Part shown: piece after piece, positions 1-16,640 of the stretch
Layout: each line of letters opens with the position of its first letter
Position numbering within the stretch: the stretch's first letter is position 1
Assembly (NCBI GenBank): GCA_002269645.1
Contig: NIVC01002274.1
Span: 1-64,000 of the forward strand
DNA length: 64,000 nucleotides
Origin: Macrostomum lignano
Taxonomy: Eukaryota
Direction: 5' to 3'
Translations under genes and position numbers: made by a program
Notes under the pieces: generated by a model
Databases searched by the model: none
What the model was told of the DNA's origin: nothing
Seen by the model: only the letters and a program-made list of their open reading frames with translations

Positions 1-2
1 TG

Positions 3-538
3 CTGGAGGCGGTCAGCCGGCTGGCTGAGCAGCTGGAACGGCGCAGCAAGGCTGGCCAGCACGACACCCTGGCTCTAGCCAAGGAGGTCAATGGCTACAA
101 GTTCCGCATGGGCACGGTCACTAAGCGCATGAAGGCCGGCACCGCTGAGCTAACGATGCTAATGAGCACAGCTATGCAACTGCAGCAGCAGGGTGCGCGA
201 CAAGCAGCAGTACCTGCAGTCCTGCTATCAGCGAATGGAACGCGGCGAGCCGCCCTCCGAAGACATCGAGGCCGAGTGGCTGAAGTCGCGCATGGTGGAT
301 GACAGACGGCGGACGGAGCGGCAGGAGGCGCAGGCGCAGGCGGCCCAGCAGGAGCAGTTCGTGCTCGGCCATGGCGGCGTCACGACGGCCGAGCCGCGGC
401 CCAACGCCTACATCCCAACGACGAGGTGGAGCTGCCAATCCCAAGGCCCTACGGCGGTCACGCGCCGTTCAAGCCGACTGAGCCGGGCTCCAACATGCGG
501 CACATCAGGAAGCCGCGCCGAAGCCTATCGAGATTTAA
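3..538 (+). CDS. CCDC146: 3' end of coiled-coil domain-containing protein 146 (axonemal MBO2 homologue); reading frame broken by three 1-nt indels (assembly error or pseudogene)
   Basis: Joined frames read ...[33 protein letters not shown]...[12 protein letters not shown](N)[32 protein letters not shown](A)PKPIEI*, matching the CCDC146 C-terminus as I recall it (TTAEQRPNAYIP...[28 protein letters not shown]). Needs an extra G removed at 191-193 and one base added at 414-416 and near 516. TAA at 536-538. Confidence 0.85.
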
Positions 539-1225
539 ACTCATGCGCGCTACGATGCGATGTGTAAACAGAGCGGAACGCGGTTTTGTATCACTTTATT
601 TAACGAAAAGGTGTTGATATTTTGTTGGCTTTAATGCGCAACTTTCCCCACAAGCAGACAGTGAGACAAAAACAGAATGATGTTTGCAGAACCAAGTGAA
701 TACAAGCATAAAACTAGTGGCCATGGAGATGTCATTGAGGCTCGTAAGTCCTAAGCAAGACCGATGAAAATCCTTCAAAAATCGCCATTTCCCGTCACAA
801 ATGCTACTTTCATGCCGTTGAACCTGCTGTTGAACAAAGCTATACTAATGCCTTTGTTTGCTCGCTCTTTAATCGAACAGAAAAGCAAAGTTGAAGATTT
901 TTGCTCTGTCTAATTTTTTACTCTCACCTGTTCTGTCGTGATCTGATCCTCCAGTTTTGATTTTTACTTAAATTATGCATCAAAATATAATATTTATTAC
1001 GTAAAACCGAGCGGCATCATGCTGTAAGTTGAGACTAATCCGCTCTGATAATTAAGACTATACAAAAAGAGACTAATGTTTCTAATGCTGCCTACAAAGT
1101 GTTTTGAATGCCGCGGTACGTCCGTATGTCTGTAATAACCTTAAATGACAGCGTTTGCTTCCATATTACATCATAATTTTGTTAGGCTAGATAGACGAAT
1201 CTTAACCAGCCAGGTACAGTGGAGT

Positions 1226-2389
1226 GTGTTGCCAGCTAGAGAGATCAGAGGGTGTTCGTTGCCAGCTAGAGAGATCAGAGGGTGTTGTTGCCAGCTAGAG
1301 AGATCAGAGGGTGTTGTTGCCAGCTAGAGAGATCAGAGGGTGTTGTTGCCAGCTAGAGAGATCAGAGGGTGTTGTTGCCAGCTAGAGAGATCAGAGGGTG
1401 TTGTTGCCAGCTAGAGAGATCAGAGGGTGTTGTTGCCAGCTAGAGAGATCAGAGGGTGTTGTTGCCAGCTAGAGAGATCAGAGGGTGTTCGTTGCCAGCT
1501 AGAGAGATCAGAGGGTGTTCGTTGCCAGCTAGAGAGATCAGAGGGTGTTGTTGCCAGCTAGAGAGATCAGAGATCAGAGGGTGTTTGTTACCAGCTAGAG
1601 AGATCAGAGGGTGTTGTTGCCAGCTAGAGAGATCAGAGATCAGAGGGTGTTTGTTGCCAGCTAGAGAGATCAGAGGGTGTTGTTGCCAGCTAGAGAGATC
1701 AGAGATCAGAGGGTGTTTGTTACCAGCTAGAGAGATCAGGTGTTTGTTGCCAGCTAGAGAGATCAGAGGGTGTTTGTTGCCAGCTAGAGAGATCAGAGGG
1801 TGTTTGTTGCCAGCTAGAGAGATCAGAGGGTGTTGTTGCCAGCTAGAGAGATCAGAGATCAGAGGGTGTTTGTTACCAGCTAGAGAGATCAGGTGTTTGT
1901 TGCCAGCTAGAGAGATCAGAGAGGGTGTTTGTTGCCAGCTAGAGAGATCAGAGGGTGTTTGTTGCCAGCTAGAGAGATCAGAGGGTGTTTGTTGCCAGCT
2001 AGAGAGATCAGAGGGTGTTGTTGCCAGCTAGGAAGATCAGAGGGTGTTTGTTGCCAGCTAGAGAGATCAGAGATCAGAGGGTGTTTGTTACCAGCTAGAG
2101 AGATCAGAGGGTGTTTGTTGCCAGCTAGAGAGATCAGAGGGTGTTGTTGCCAGCTAGAGAGATCAGAGGGTGTTGTTGCCAGCTAGAGAGATCAGAGGGT
2201 GTTGTTGCCAGCTAGGAAGATCAGAGGATGTTGTTGCCAGCTAGGAAGATCAGAGGGTGTTTGTTGCCAGCTAGAGAGATCAGATGGTGTTGTTGCCAGC
2301 TAGGAAGATCAGAGGGTGTTGTTGCTAGCTAGAGAGATCAGAGGGTGTTTGTTGCTAGCTAGAGAGATCAGAGGGTGTTGTTGCCAGCT
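1226..2389. repeat. Minisatellite, 29-30 bp unit GCCAGCTAGAGAGATCAGAGGGTGTT(T)GTT with AGATC-duplicated variants
   Basis: Direct tandem repetition; explains ORFs 1456-2186. Confidence 0.97.
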
Positions 2390-2668
2390 GACAGAGATTA
2401 GCAGGTTAGTTTATATACAGCATAGCGGTTTGTTACATTCCGGATATGCATTGGACGTCTATAAGTATATATCATATAGTTTGTAATGCTGCAAGTCTTC
2501 AACGTTCCATCGCACTGCGTGAAAGCCGCAGCACATAGACTAACCGATCTAGGGGCAATGCTTTTGCAAACCTCGGGCTAAATATTAAGGAACTTATAAA
2601 ACCTTAATCAAAGTAAATTGCACTTTACTAATCAGCTATACCAAAGAGAAGTGAGTATTGTCCAAATA

Positions 2669-4578
2669 ATGACCGATGCAGTGGTTTCGGCAAGCGCACA
2701 ATCCAGAGATAGCACTGACGAGTCGCTTTACCTTCAATTCCATGAATCATTCATCACCGAGCCGGTCGAGATGCTGGAACTGGACAGGTCCAAGAATCGG
2801 CTGCTTGCGTTGCACCCGCATCACGGATTTGTCAGCAACTTCGCGATCCGAGCCGACAACTTCAAGGTGGACCGCAGCGTGCAGGCCTGGCTTCTCACGG
2901 CCACGTCGCTGGCAGTTAACGACGAGTTCGTCGTGTTTCTCACGAATCCTTACGGCAAGCTGGTTAAGGCGAATCGTCGTGGCCAGGTGCTTGATCAGTA
3001 CGAAATCTGGCACAGGTACCTCACCAGCTTGGTGCTGACCGGCAACTATATATTTGTGACCGACCGACGGTGAGTATATGTGCATGCACAACTTTTATGT
3101 ACGACGTACACTGGCGTTGAATTTCAAGGATAAAAACCTTTTTTTGGCGCCGCAGGCATCCCTTTTGGGCCGCGGGCCCTCATTTTGGCGCCGCAGGCAC
3201 TCATTTTGGCGCCGCAGGCACTCATTTTGGCGCCGCAGGCACTCATTTTGGCGCCGCAGACACTCATTTTAGCGCCACAGGCATTCCTTTTGGCGCCGCA
3301 GGCACTCATTTTGGCACCGCAGGCACTCATTTTAGCGCCGCAGGCACTCATTTTGGCGCCGCAGGCACTCATTTTGGCGCCGCAGGCACTCATTTTGGCG
3401 CCGCAGGCACTCATTTTAGCGCCACAGGCATTCCTTTTGGCGCCGCAGGCACTCATTTTGGCGCCGCAGGCACTCATTTTAGCGCCACAGGCATTCCTTT
3501 TGGCGCCACAGGCACTCATTTTGGCGCCGCAGGCACTCATTTTGGCGCCGCAGGCACTCATTTTGGCGCCGCAGGCACTCATTTTAGCGCCGCAGGCACT
3601 CATTTTGGCGCCGCAGGCACTCATTTTGGCGCCGCAGGCACTCATTTTAGCGCCACAGGCACTCATTTTGGCGCCGCAGGCACTCATTTTGGCGCCGCAG
3701 GCACTCATTTTAGCGCCACAGGCATTCCTTTTGGCGCCGCAGGCACTCATTTTGGCGCCACAGGCACTCATTTTGGCGCCGCAGGCACTCATTTTGGCGC
3801 CGCAGGCATTCATTTTGGCGCACTGAAGAAAAATTATTGATTACCACAACGGGTCACAAGGTGGGATGGGAGACAAAGCATGCATCCCCCCTGTCCCCCC
3901 GGTGACGACGCGCCTATGATTTTGTTACAATGAACAATAATTTTTAATCGCTGAAAAAGTGGCAAAGAGAACAATATAATTTTTACCTTACAAGTGTGGC
4001 GACTGTTTAGTCTGTTCTTCAATCTGTTAATGCAAACTGCTGATATACCTGACGCCCAATATTAAAAAACCCGTCCTAGAAATGACGTCATCATACAGTT
4101 CGACATGAGCAAGCCGATGTCGGAGGAATCCAGTCTGCTGATTGGCCGGGGCTTCCTGCACAGACCGCTGAGCGCCAGCGTGCTCATGAGCACCTTCCTG
4201 GTTGCTGTGCAGAATGATGGCCGAGTGATTGTGTTCCACCTGGAGACCGGCTTCAGGTTAACTTCCTTTGCCGAGGATATTCCTATGATTGGCGAGGTCA
4301 CAATCCAGGCCGAGGACACGCACAAGACGGTGCTGCTGAGCAAGGAGATGGAGAAGAGTCTGGACGTGTACTGCTTCTGCGGGTACAGAAGACGGTTGCA
4401 GCACGGCCAGAAGGTGCCTCGGTTCTGCCTGGCCCTTCGCCTCGGCCTGAGCTTCAGTCCCTACTGCTCAGTGTACAGCCCTGAGATGCAGATCATCTAC
4501 CTGTTGGAGCGCCGGGAGAAGGTGAAGTCGCAGGTGCACGCGTTCAGATTGAACTTGCAGCCGCTAAATCACATTTGA
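2669..4578 (+). CDS. Uncharacterised ~299-aa beta-propeller-like (NHL/WD-type) protein; exons 2669-3069 and 4080-4578
   Basis: Donor ACG|GTGAGT at 3070 and acceptor CCTAG| at 4079 join in frame (phase 2, CG+A=Arg); 900 nt total. Repeated short beta-strand motifs (SLAVNDEFVVFLT, SLVLTGNYIFVTDR, LVAVQNDGRVIVFHL). The propeller call is inference. Confidence 0.7.
3143..3822. repeat. Intronic minisatellite, 21-bp unit TTTTGGCGCCGCAGGCACTCA
   Basis: About 32 tandem copies inside intron 3070-4079; explains ORFs 3124-3826. Confidence 0.97.
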
Positions 4579-5589
4579 GCCTCTCACGGCATTGGCCAAA
4601 TTTTCCATATGATCTGCGAATTAAATAATCAATAAGATTTGTAAATTAAGCCAGCGATAAAATTTCCAGCATTTGTTCTACGCATCTTCAGTATCCGTTG
4701 GTCCATAGTTTGCCCCGACTGCTTCGATAATGCGCCCAAACTTTACTGTATTACAATATTACAATAGTAAAATAAGTATAGTGCGCGACTTTATAAAATC
4801 TGCGCTTTATAAAATCCCATTTGTGGCTTCATGCGTACCGAGGCGTGATTCCGCACCAATAAAAAATTATTTTATTTTGTAGGCATACATAAATGTGCAG
4901 TAATACAAAAATAATTAAAGACGTTGGGAGCGTAAAAGGATTGCACAAAATCATGGCAGCAGTGGTTACTATTAGTAATATTATCATATGGCGGCATTTG
5001 AATTTGAAGCACGGCAGACCGCACGACCTCTACATAACTACTGCGTTTGTTCGCTTGGAAGGCAAAAACTAACGGAGCACAACCAGACACTACTACTGCT
5101 AGTAATACAGCTTGAAGAAACTAACTTGCTAGATTAATTTAAGTAAAAAAACTAAATTTCGGGAAGACAGTTATTTTGATAAAGCGAGAAAAATTAGGAT
5201 GGGAAGCGGTTGTAAATTTTATAGCCCGGCTTTACGCGCAATTAGACACACGCACAAATCGAGATGAATGAATGGGTCGAGAATTAATATTTTAATAAAC
5301 AGCCAAAATTTAGTAGCACAGATCAACCAGTGCGCGACAAAAGTCAGTCACCTTGGGGCGTTTGCGCAATTCGCTGCGGAAATTAAAAAAAAGCAATTAA
5401 AAAAATCTTAGAGCCTGCATAAAAACACAATCAAAGCGGTTCCGTGACTCGTACGTCACGGATATACAACAGCACAATTGAATGAATGATATGGCAATTA
5501 AGCATTTGCTAGCATGCGAAGTCGATCCGGCCCACACGACTTCAAAGTGTTCTATAGATACACGCGGACCCCGTCTATTTCTGCTCATT

Positions 5590-6035
5590 CAGCGGGACAC
5601 CGCTGCCCCCTTCAGGACACTGCTGCCCCCTTCAGGTTATTCAGCAGGACACTGCTGCCCCCTTCAGGTTTTTCAGCAGGACACTGCTGCCCCCTTCAGG
5701 TTATTCAGTAGGACACTGCTGCCCCCTTCAGGTTATTCAGCAGGACACTGCTGCCCCCTTCAGGTTATTCAGCAGGACACTGCTGCCCCCTTCAGGTTAT
5801 TCAGCAGGACACTGCTGCCCCCTTCAGGTTATTCAGCAGGACACTGCTGCCCCCTTCAGGTTATTCAGTAGGACACTGCTGCCCCCTTCAGGTTATTCAG
5901 CAGGACACTGCTGCCCCCTTCAGGTTTTTCAGCAGGACACTGCTGCCCCCTTCAGGTCATTCAGTAGGACACCGCTGTTCCCTTCAGGTTATTCAGCAGG
6001 ACACCGCTGTCCCCTTCAGGTCATTCAGTAGGACA
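5590..6035. repeat. Minisatellite, 32-bp unit CAGGACACTGCTGCCCCCTTCAGGTTATTCAG
   Basis: About 14 tandem copies just downstream of VAMP. Confidence 0.97.
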
Positions 6036-6178
6036 GCCTAGTGCAGCATTAGCCAGTGAAATTGTACACAAAATTTAAAGACAGACAAGCAGAGAAAAAA
6101 TCAAATAGCAATCCCAGAGTCCGGCTGCTCACACAATCTGGATAATCACTGAAGCGAACGCCCGGCGGCAGGTGACGC

Positions 6179-6583
6179 CTATTTCTTATCGAAGGCGCCG
6201 GTTGAAGCCAGAATAGAAATGACAATGATGATAATTAGCACGATTACCACAACGGCAATAATGATCTTCATTTTGGTGTTCTGCCACCAGTATTTGCGCG
6301 ACACGCGCTGACTGGTGCGCTGGAACACTACGGCGGACTCGTGCAGATTGTCCGAGCGGGCCATCAGATCGTTCAGGTTGGCGTCTCGCTCGATGACACG
6401 GTTCATGTTGTCGCGCATGATTCCAGTGACGTCATTGACATCGCGTTGCAGCCGGTTCATCTGATCGTTGGTCATGTTGGAGTTGGCGCCGGGGTTGGCG
6501 CCGGGCGCGCCTCCTCCGCCTGGATTGCCGGCGGCGCCGCCAGCACCTGAGCCATAAGTGTACTGACCTGGTCGGTTACTCAT
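6179..6583 (-). CDS. VAMP: Synaptobrevin / vesicle-associated membrane protein (R-SNARE), 134 aa, intronless CDS
   Basis: R-SNARE motif QRDVNDVTGIMRDNMNRVIERDANLNDLMARSDNL with zero-layer Arg, RKYWWQN juxtamembrane motif, C-terminal transmembrane helix. Confidence 0.95.
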   Translation of the reverse strand: MSNRPGQYTYGSGAGGAAGNPGGGGAPGANPGANSNMTNDQMNRLQRDVNDVTGIMRDNMNRVIERDANLNDLMARSDNLHESAVVFQRTSQRVSRKYWWQNTKMKIIIAVVVIVLIIIIVISILASTGAFDKK

Positions 6584-7087
6584 AGTAGTATGTTAGCTGG
6601 TAAGCACCGGTTGGCTGAAAAGTTAAGTTCACTTTTTACAAACTTGCTTATAGAAAAAAGGTCCTAGAAAATGCAGGCAACCAAAGTGTAATGAAGGAGA
6701 TAACTTTATACTACTGATATAGTAAGTAGGTTGATTATTATTATTTAATTATATTCTTTCTAGTTTGGTTGCTCATTGTTTCAAAATTGATTTCTTTAAT
6801 ACTAAAAATAAAAAACCTCACAAAGTGGTTATGGTTTCTATGTAGCTATATGAGCTTATGTACAATATAGCTGTAGTAGTTGGCCTTGGTCATAGATAAT
6901 TTTTTCTTGGCAAATTAAGTATTTTTAGTAATTGTGATATTTAAAAATAATATATGTGCATAGCCTTTTTGTCTACTGGCAGATGAAAAGACTTTTTGAA
7001 AAAATGGAAATAAAATGTAATGACATATATTGTGAAGCTTATTTTTCATAATGAGATGTCATTTAGTATGTGTAATTTGGTTATCAC

Positions 7088-7267
7088 CATACATGCGCAA
7101 CCTTGGGAATCACCCGGCCGTTTCTAATGGCAACATGCACATGTAAGTCGCTATTGGCTGAGATCAGTCACGTGACTATTATTCCGTCCAATAGCGACTT
7201 ACATGTGTGTGTGTGTGTGTTGCCAATAGAAACGGCCGGGTGAATCCCTAGGTTGCGCCCAAGCATG
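7088..7267. mobile_element. Palindromic MITE with long terminal inverted arms; 8-bp (up to 10-bp) target duplication, hAT-like
   Basis: Arm GCGCAACC..GGGAATCACCCGGCCGTTTCTAATGGCAAC..CACATGTAAGTCGCTATTGG is mirrored at 7188-7258. Flanking direct repeat (TG)GTTATCAC at 7078-7087 and 7266-7275. Confidence 0.8.
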
Positions 7268-9489
7268 GTTATCACAATATTTTAATTTTAATATCCAATA
7301 AGAGAATTTTTTTATTTTAACCATCTTAAAAACAGTATACTTTACTGTATTTCTAGACTATGTTTCTTTAATTGGATGATTTATTATTTATTATTTATCC
7401 ATTAGTTATTTAATGAATTATTGACAGATTAACTACTAAAAATATAAGAAAAAAATAGTGTTCAAGAAGACATGTGAATAATAGAAATTGATATTTTTAG
7501 ATATGCTCATATTTCCAACAGTTTCTAGACACTTTGTCATCTTACATGACAAACTGATTCAAATTCTCAATATTGACATAGCAGCATTGTTGCTATTGTT
7601 TTGGCATAAGCATTTCAGTTGCTGCATACTAACAACTGTACCATCAGGGACAGTTGCAAGTCTATTCCCAACTACCAAGCCATTTTCAGCATGATAAAGG
7701 AGCTACTTGCTAACCAGGTTGTGCCCAAGGCCTGTATCCTAGACTTTAAGGCTGCTATGTAGTAAGCATTGCATTCTGTTTTCCTTCTTTCTAAATTGCA
7801 AGGCTATCTCTTCCACTATGGAGAGGCAACTTACTATTGCATATAGCAGCAAGGCTTCTATGCAGCATATTTGATAGATTTTTCTATCAGTTATCAGCAG
7901 TTTTCTACCTAGCTACATATGCCTTGGCCATATCTTACAATTTGGTATCTAGGCCTAGCAGTAGCAGCAATAATTGAACTCTTGTGACTATTATTCCAGA
8001 CTTAATATTATCAGTCATATAGTTTTGATCAAAATTATAAAATTTGACAAATCCAATTTAATATTATATTCTTTGAGTCACATGCTCATTTGATTTCTTG
8101 AGAAATTGAGACAAAAACTTAAATGTAACTTGAGTCAACAACCAACAAGAGTCTTTTTAAAAAAATGAATAATACCTCAGTTATTTAAAGTAAAAAAGTA
8201 CTACAAAACATTTAATTGTTAAATAAGGGCTTACTTTATATTTTGTGTCTAAGTCTAACATAATTTAGGCACTGAAAAGCAAACTGGCACTGGGGCACAG
8301 AAATGCTGGATACAAAAAACATAGATACCATTTTGTTAAGACTATAATTTCTAAAGATAAGATATGATATATACAAAACTAAATTAATCTAAACCACATT
8401 GGCTTTGCTAAATGAGCTAAGGTGATATCTAAAAATGCATGGTGCTTTTTCAAATAAGCTTGAAATTATACTAGTTGGTCAGGAAACTTAGGCTGCATTT
8501 ATGTTACAAAAAAAATTGGCATTATTTTATCATACAATTTTATAGTCTAGTGTAAGCTTAACAACAAGTCAAATAGTCAAGGTGGTAAACAAAGTAATAT
8601 TAAATAGTAAACAGTAGTATTAGAGTATTAAAGGTAGTCAACTTAGGTAGTCAAGGCCTAAGCCTATCGCCTATTCTAGCAATCTCAATCTGAATCTGCT
8701 ATGCCTATGCCTATGCCATAGGCTATGGCATGCAGAAGCCAGTCATAAGTTTAATAGATCACAATGCATAAATATTGTCATGAGACTATAAGGATATGCG
8801 TAATAACTAAATTAAAAGTATTATGTAGTCCAATAGTAGTCCATCAGTCCGTTAGTGAAATACTTAAGTTCTGGGAATAACCTTCTTAGGTAGGTCTACT
8901 ACTATTCTAATAAAAAATAGGTAATAAATTGCAGAATTAATTGCAGAAATACGCTAGCTGGTTTATCTAATTCATCGCTGATTTAAACTACTTTTTTCTG
9001 AAACATAAGCTTGTCAAGAGACAAGCATTTCATTCCAATTTTGGCTTTATTTTTACAGACAACAGGAACAGCTGCATCTATTTTGTTATAAGTACCGTAT
9101 TTTTTCGATCAAATAATCCGAGCCTAACGAATTGCTTTTGCGATATTTCACTTCACACTGTCTAAAGTTTTGGAAAGGTCTTTTGTAATTTGCAAGTAGT
9201 TACTTCATAAACAAAAGAATTGATCCCAATGATCGAATACACCTTCCGTGCTTTAAATACTTTTAAGATGCATATACAAACCGAAAAAATTCGGCATACT
9301 TATCAGTCATGAAATAGATTTTTACCGTTTTTCGAAGAGATTAAAAAGAAAGCGCGCGAACACTGCACCAAAGACTACTTAAATTACAGCATAAGTCATC
9401 CTAGCTACGTTTTACAAAAAATAAAAACTAATACACGTTAATCAACGTCAAAAGAAATACGCTGACAGTGACCCACAGCAATTAATTAG

Positions 9490-10735
9490 GGTTTCAGGTG
9501 TGCAGTCAGCGGGCTGTCCGTTTGCAGCGATTGTACGGTACATCTGAGCGCTGCCATGTTCACAGCCTGAATAGATGTACGTGCGTTGCTGGCACTGTGG
9601 CGTGGGGATTGAAACCGGACCCGGCCTGGTGACTGTTGGGCGAGCCTCACAACGTCGGCTGTGCTGACTGGTGCTAGGCTGAAGCTCTCCTCTGCCGGCA
9701 ACGGCATCTCCGGCGGCAGCGTCAGACTGTCTGGCAGCGGGGTGGCGGCGCGATTGACAACGGCGGCGAAGAACTCACGCAGCTCGTTCCTGCGCTCGTC
9801 CCCAGAGTCGCCTGCAGGTTTAGCGGAATGCGCCGCTTTCGCCCCGTCAGAGCATTGATAGCCGACCAGGCCACGCGGCCTCTGCCATCGGGCCCAGCAG
9901 CAGAGACTGCTCGAATGGCGTCATCAATAGCCGCCTGCTGGCGCTGTAGACAGACAGCCGCCAAGACCTCCTCTGCCTCGCGGGTAGGTCGCCTGCTCAA
10001 ACGAAGTCTCTCCAGCTCTTCCGGCCTCGCTTGCCGAATCGCAGGGTCGTCTTGCCATACCGGCTGCTCTTTCTGGGCCGGTCGCATCAGCGGGACTGCT
10101 TGCTTTGCGGCGGCTCGAACTGCAGCGCACACCGCGTACTCGGCACCTCCACGTTTGCCGCCGAGCGCAATGAAAGCGCTAGCTTTCCTAGGTCTCCGAG
10201 GATTGTCACGCTGCGCCGTTGCCTCCACCTGTATCGAGAGCTGCTGAAAGAATTCTTGAGCCTCGCCAGGTCGGGTGGCAGGAGGCGCGTACGCGCAGAA
10301 CAGGCGAGCGTTCCGGCCGCGAAGCCGAACGTCGACCCGGAGCAGCCGATGGGACAGAGAGACGCAGCGACTGCTCCGACCAGCGCTCCAACTCCTCCAC
10401 GGCCTCGTTGGCCCGCCGATGTGTAGTAGAAGGACCATCCGGCGCCCAGATCCTCACAGTGAAGCCCTGGATCAGTCTTTATAGACACCTCCTGCAGTGC
10501 GATGTCCGCCTTGAGAGTGCGGCAGTGCAGCGTCCCGACCCAAAGCGTGCCCTGTGGTACGGCTGGGGCTCGATGTAGATGAGCCTCTCAGTCCCTGGCG
10601 CCACCCAGAGGATCCGTATGGGCCAGAGCGGCAGCAGCTGGACGGGCGGCACCACATTGCCGACCACGCCGATTTCGCTCACGCCGACGCTCAACACGCG
10701 GACGCTCGCTCCGCTGCCCCACATGTGCATATCTA
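9490..10735 (-). mobile_element. Degenerate non-LTR retrotransposon (RTE-like) fragment: APE endonuclease plus linker, truncated before the RT domain
   Basis: Minus-strand frames give LWVGTLHCRTLKADIALQEV (APE motifs I/II), WSFYYTSAGQRGRGGVGALV, RLFCAYAP, ILGDL, then AWSAINALTGRKRRIPLNL and APVSTADVV; frameshifts and internal deletions. Confidence 0.85.
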
Positions 10736-11085
10736 CGTATATTCTACCCTACACGTATTATAGAGTTGTATTTCCTACTGTATTTCCTCTGGAGCCAAGA
10801 AAAAAATTATTTTGAATAATCAGCCGCCCAAAAACTTTGCACGATTCACGCGTGTGTTTTAAGCTTAATAGTGCGTGGCTATAGAAGCTAGAAGACTAGA
10901 CTGTGATCTACATGCATATAGTTTGGATGTCAGCTGGTTATTCATTGGCTAGCAGAATTCTATCGAATAGAAAATACTCTCCAGGCGTCTTGAGCCACAG
11001 CAGTGTATTACACCTATTTTAGACTCTACTTGAAGTGAATTAAGCTTCAGTGATAAAAAACAGACCCCACCTATCTGTCGTTCCA

Positions 11086-15127
<4,042 letters not shown>

Positions 15128-15404
15128 TTGGCCATCGAGCTGTCAATCTGAAAATTGAATTCGATTTTGTTTGAATGTTTGATACTTGCAAATAAATCCA
15201 GCAAGCATGCTGATCGGTCTGCATCCATTAACGAATTCAATTTGTTGAAAGTCGGCAGTTGAAAATGACTCATGCAAAAAAGGAAAAAGTTACAGGTAAC
15301 AACTATTTTGCAGTCTTTGAAATGCTCATGTCTATCGGAAGGTACCCGTCATTTCAAAGTTTGTAGTGTTCGAGGCGTTTAACTGGTGTAGGAGACAGCA
15401 GATA

Positions 15405-16640
15405 AGAGGGTGTAGAACACACCAGAGGGTGTAGAACACACCAGAGGGTGTAGAACACACCAGAGGGTGTAGAACACACCAGAGGGTGTAGAACACACCA
15501 GAGGGTGTAGAACACACCAGAGGGTGTAGAACACACCAGAGGGTGTAGAACACACCAGAGGGTGTAGAACACACCAGAGGGTGTTAAACACACCAGAGGG
15601 TGTTAAACACACCAGAGGGTGTAGAACACACCAGAGGGTGTAGAACACACCAGAGGGTGTTAAACACACCAGAGGGTGTTAAACACACCAGAGGGTGTAG
15701 AACACACCAGAGGGTGTAGAACACACCAGAGGGTGTAGAACACACCAGAGGATGTAGAACACACCAGAGGGTGTAGAACACACCAGAGGGTGTAGAACAC
15801 ACCAGAGGGTGTAGAACACACCAGAGGGTGTTAAACACACCAGAGGGTGTTAAACACACCAGAGGGTGTAGAACACACCAGAGGGTGTAGAACACACCAG
15901 AGGGTGTTAAACACACCAGAGGGTGTAGAACACACCAGAGGGTGTTAAACACACCAGAGGGTGTTAAACACACCAGAGGGTGTAGAACACACCAGAGGGT
16001 GTAGAACACACCAGAGGATGTAGAACACACCAGAGGGTGTAGAACACACCAGAGGGTGTAGAACACACCAGAGGGTGTAGAACACACCAGAGGGTGTTAA
16101 ACACACCAGAGGGTGTTAAACACACCAGAGGGTGTAGAACACACCAGAGGGTGTAGAACACACCAGAGGGTGTTAAACACACCAGAGGGTGTTAAACACA
16201 CCAGAGGGTGTAGAACACACCAGAGGGTGTAGAACACACCAGAGGGTGTTAAACACACCAGAGGGTGTTAAACACACCAGAGGGTGTAGAACACACCAGA
16301 GGGTGTAGAACACACCAGAGGATGTAGAACACACCAGAGGGTGTAGAACACACCAGAGGGTGTAGAACACACCAGAGGGTGTAGAACACACCAGAGGGTG
16401 TTAAACACACCAGAGGGTGTTAAACACACCAGAGGGTGTAGAACACACCAGAGGGTGTAGAACACACCAGAGGATGTAGAACACACCAGAGGGTGTAGAA
16501 CACACCAGAGGGTGTAGAACACACCAGAGGGTGTAGAACACACCAGAGGGTGTTAAACACACCAGAGGGTGTTAAACACACCAGAGGGTGTAGAACACAC
16601 CAGAGGGTGTAGAACACACCAGAGGATGTAGAACACACCA
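15405..16640. repeat. Minisatellite, 19-bp unit CCAGAGGGTGTAGAACACA (variant GTGTTAAACA)
   Basis: About 65 copies; explains the CSTPSGVFYTLWCVLHPLV ORFs. Confidence 0.98.

Noticed and set aside
3100-3915. MITE enclosing the 21-bp array (right end GTCCCCCCGGTGACGACGCGCCTATG looks TIR-like)
   Set aside because: No convincing matching left TIR or target duplication found.
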